Positions 60,934 to 64,000 of a DNA stretch of 64,000 nucleotides are shown here, piece after piece; the stretch's first letter is position 1, and every line of letters starts with the position of its first letter. The stretch comes from Phyllosticta citribraziliensis (Eukaryota). The position numbers and the translations under genes are program-made. The notes beneath the pieces were generated by a model. The model was not told the DNA's origin. It saw nothing but the letters and a program-made list of their open reading frames with translations, and made no database searches. The DNA lies in the NCBI RefSeq assembly GCF_038025025.1, contig NW_027117341.1, positions 744,001 to 808,000 of the forward strand, written 5' to 3'.

Positions 60934-61507
60934 CTAAGTGCAGCTCTGTCGGATGATCCGTGTTAGTCATGTTCAAAGTACGTCCCGAACCTGAAAGGCC
61001 TCTTCCTTGTCCTCACGACAAGGCGAGTACTGGAAGAAGAGCAAGGAGAGCAAGTAAATAACAGGTGCGCAGATCCTGATCGAGAACCTCTGCGTCTGTT
61101 GGGGCCTTGCACACCTCGTTCCTGCAAAACCGCCAAAGCGAAGCAAAAACAGAGAAGTAGAACTTACCGAGAGCGCAGGGTACTCGCCACCACACTTGTT
61201 GAAGCAGTCAATCTTGGCGTTGTTCTGGCAGTAGCAACCCTAAACGCGCAGTTAGCGAAAAATCCACAACCCGTTCCGTAAGCCCTGCTAGGGAAGGGGA
61301 GGGAGGATAAGGACTGTCAGGGGATTATTTGGATTGGCTCACCTCCGGCCAAGATTGTATACAGATCACTGCTTCACACTCGCAGGTGCTGGCCGTGCCA
61401 TTGGAAGCAGCGGTGACATCCACGTTCTGCGGCGCAGCGATGGGCGTGGCAACAGCGAAGCTGGCCAGGAGGAAGGTGAGGGAGAGAGCAGAGGTAAAGG
61501 CCTTCAT
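60934..61507 (-). CDS. Small secreted cysteine-rich protein, 82 aa, 8 Cys, 3 exons (61507-61343, 61239-61168, 60945-60934)
   Basis: Signal peptide MKAFTSALSLTFLLASFAVA; spliced mature part CECEAVICIQSWPE-GCYCQNNAKIDCFNKCGGEYPALS-SCT*; GTGAGC and GTAAGT donors with CTAAC branch sites. Confidence 0.82.
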
Positions 61508-64000
61508 TTTGCTGACTGGATATGTGGGTAAAGGGTGTGGAAAGGTAGAGATTTTTTGGAGTAGGCGTGGATGAGACGGGTGGCCGTTTGTTGTTGGTGA
61601 TGCAAAACAAGGTGTTGCTCGACCGATGAGTATGAAGACAGACAGGATTAAAGACAAGACGTCAGAGAAGGAGATTGAGTTGTTTGAGAGTTGGAGGAGT
61701 AAGGAGAAAGCGCTGAATTGATCACTGCTTGGTCTGTTCTAATTCACGCCCCGAAGGCGAGGTTTTATATTTGAGGAGGTCTAAGGCCCCGTTCGCTTCT
61801 GCTTCCTCCGCGTCCGGTGGTAAGACTCGCGAGTCGACTCGACACTCGACTCGTCGACGAAGACAGCCAGGCGAACTGCCGGCACACTGTGTGTCCGGGT
61901 CGTGCAACCTCGCAGGTCCTTCGCGGGTTTGTCGTGAGGTGCAAAAGCCATCGCGGCGTCATATGGCTATTGCTTTTTCCAGTTTTGGAAGCAACGTTGT
62001 GAGCAGGCTGACAGGCGAGCGAGCCATGGTTCCGAGTAGATGCGGGTGTCCGTGTGTCTTTTGGAAAGGGGGCCGAGCATGGACCAATCGCGGCGGCGGA
62101 GCGGAGAGTCTTGGCGAGGTTATAGGTCTGGTAGGCTGTTCGACGCCAAGATGCGTGAGAGGAAGAACACGAGTGTGGCATGCTGACTGCTTCGGGGAGG
62201 TTTTGAAGGCTTCCCGTTCTGCCCCAATCAGGCTCTGGTTCTCCGCACTTTGACGCGTGCAGCGAAAACTTCTCTGGAACCTGGAGCCTTCATCTATTTA
62301 GCAGCGACCCTGGCTCCGAAGTGACGAAGGATTTCACCAAGGGCTCTAGTGAAAGCCGCTCATGTTTTCCGCCCCAATTAGGTGCCAAGAAAGGGATACG
62401 AAGCGTATACGAGCATGGTCTGAGAGATCATGCTGTCATCGAGGCTCTGAATACCTTGGCGCTCCCAGACTTCGGCAGCTGTCGACGACGAGGAATGGTT
62501 GAAATGGATTGGAGCAGCGATAGGACTTGAAGGATTGAGGCTGCGTTGCGGTGTGGTTTATCCAGGAATCAATGGCACCCGAGTAAGACATTGTGGAGGC
62601 CAGATGCTTATGGAGGAATTGACCGTCCGAGAAAATGGAAATGGTAGACCATCCAGGTGTAGACGATGCGACCTGGATGGAGGCTTGGCGACGGCCTGGA
62701 TTATTTCCGGTCAAGAGATACTTTCATGTTGTTGGATTGCACTCTAGTCGTTTGTCTTCGGTTACCGAGATGCGCCATGGCTACCAAGCCGTTGCGCCTG
62801 GAGAGGTCATGAGAAGACGAATTCCTCGCGAGGAAAATCCTTTGGATACTTGCTCTCGCCTCTAATATCGCTCTATCCATGGCCAGGACTTCTGCAAGCC
62901 TGGGAATCTCAGTAATCGAGGCGCGTGCTGGAATTTTGGCACACAGAGCAATATATTCCGCGAGTGGGAGCATGAGTGCGCCTTGTTGTACCTCATGGAT
63001 GCCTGAATGCTCCGGAGCACTCAAGAAAAAGGTCTCTTGCATGCTTCCTGTCAGTAGCCTTCGGAATCCGCAAGTGCTCAGCATCTGCTGCTAACTTTCA
63101 GTTGTATGGGCCATGAGGATTGGCACTAAGTCTCCAGATGAAATCGAAAACATGGCCGCTGTTTGTTTCCAAGTTCCAAGACCTTGGTGGAGAGGCTTTG
63201 GCGAACAGGCAGCAATGGAAAGCAGCAAGCAAAGAGTCGACTTTGTTGGAGTTGAAGAAGGGAGAGATGCTGGCCACTACCCTGCAGTTTAGAAACTTCA
63301 ATGGCGCTGGCACGTAAGGCGTCGAAAGAAACGATACTCCCTGGGTTTAGCTTCAGTAATGAATGAAATCTCCTTCAGCGCAGCCATGATAGTGCGTGAC
63401 TCAGGTTCTTTGAGCTTCAGCGTGACAGAGGACGACAGCTCCCTCAGCGTCGTGATGATAGCGAAAGAAAGCTCCCCAGGCGCGACTATGGCAGCGAGCG
63501 AATGCTTCCTGCTTTCAGCCACAATCTTGCGGCCATAATTCTCAGTCTGATTTCCTTCGACGAAGACTGTGATGGAAGCGTTGAAGGACAAGAGGGAGTC
63601 TTCCTTGAGACGCTCCGAATTCGGTTTCGTGTGCCTTAGCTTCTGAGCCGTCTTAAAGCTTGGCGTTGCTCGGACAATCAGAAGAGCAACAATCCGAAGA
63701 CTCGTCCAGATGACGGACCCAGCAGAATCTGTACATGCAGATAGTGAAGAAGAGACGCAGGAGATGAAGAGTGGAAGGCATGATCGTGGGCAGTAAGGTG
63801 AGTCAGCTGCGAAATCTTGGCATCCCGCCCCACCAAAAGTTGTTTCTGGCACCTGTTTGGTGGTCGCGGTCGAAAACTACACCAGCCCACCATCCGTCAT
63901 TGACTCGACCCCGGACCGTCTCGCGCCTCCGCACATACAGCCATCCTCTCCCTCTGACACCTCGTCCAGGCCATCAGCCACTCTTACCGCAAACGAGGCT

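Noticed and set aside
61532..61543. AGGGTGTGGAAA resembling the 5' part of fungal 5S rRNA
   Set aside because: Only 12 nt match and the flanks do not continue the 5S sequence
62300..64000. Several 60-184 aa ORFs at the right end
   Set aside because: No recognisable motif or consistent splice model; may be eroded sequence
1..64000. CRISPR arrays, transposases, LTR/RT, Starship captain recombinase, telomeric repeats
   Set aside because: None seen; the only repeats found are microsatellites and intragenic coding repeats

Overview
Eukaryotic, intron-containing DNA from a filamentous ascomycete (Pezizomycotina, probably Dothideomycete-like, judged from short GT-AG introns with CTRAC branch sites and the gene set). 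The right part (36-61.5 kb) is a conserved, gene-dense block: ERG5/CYP61, a secreted beta-lactamase-fold hydrolase, a But2-domain wall protein, an S53 tripeptidyl peptidase, the Spf1 P5A-ATPase, GlnRS, a Swi6/Cdc10-type APSES-ankyrin factor, a LYR-like protein, a GNAT and an 82-aa 8-Cys secreted protein. The left part (1-35 kb) is gene-poor and looks lineage-specific. It holds a 3-exon orphan with a GC-AG intron, an orphan with an eh1-like motif, an HSL esterase and tRNA-Arg(ACG). These are followed by a compact group made of an Mx/dynamin-like GTPase, an intact pseudokinase and two tandem, divergent paralogous orphan genes that only become visible after manual splicing. That group is the best candidate for an undescribed system, but its function is inference only. 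No transposase, CRISPR array, rRNA or RIP-type AT-rich block was seen. Gene models were spliced by eye and no database search was run.
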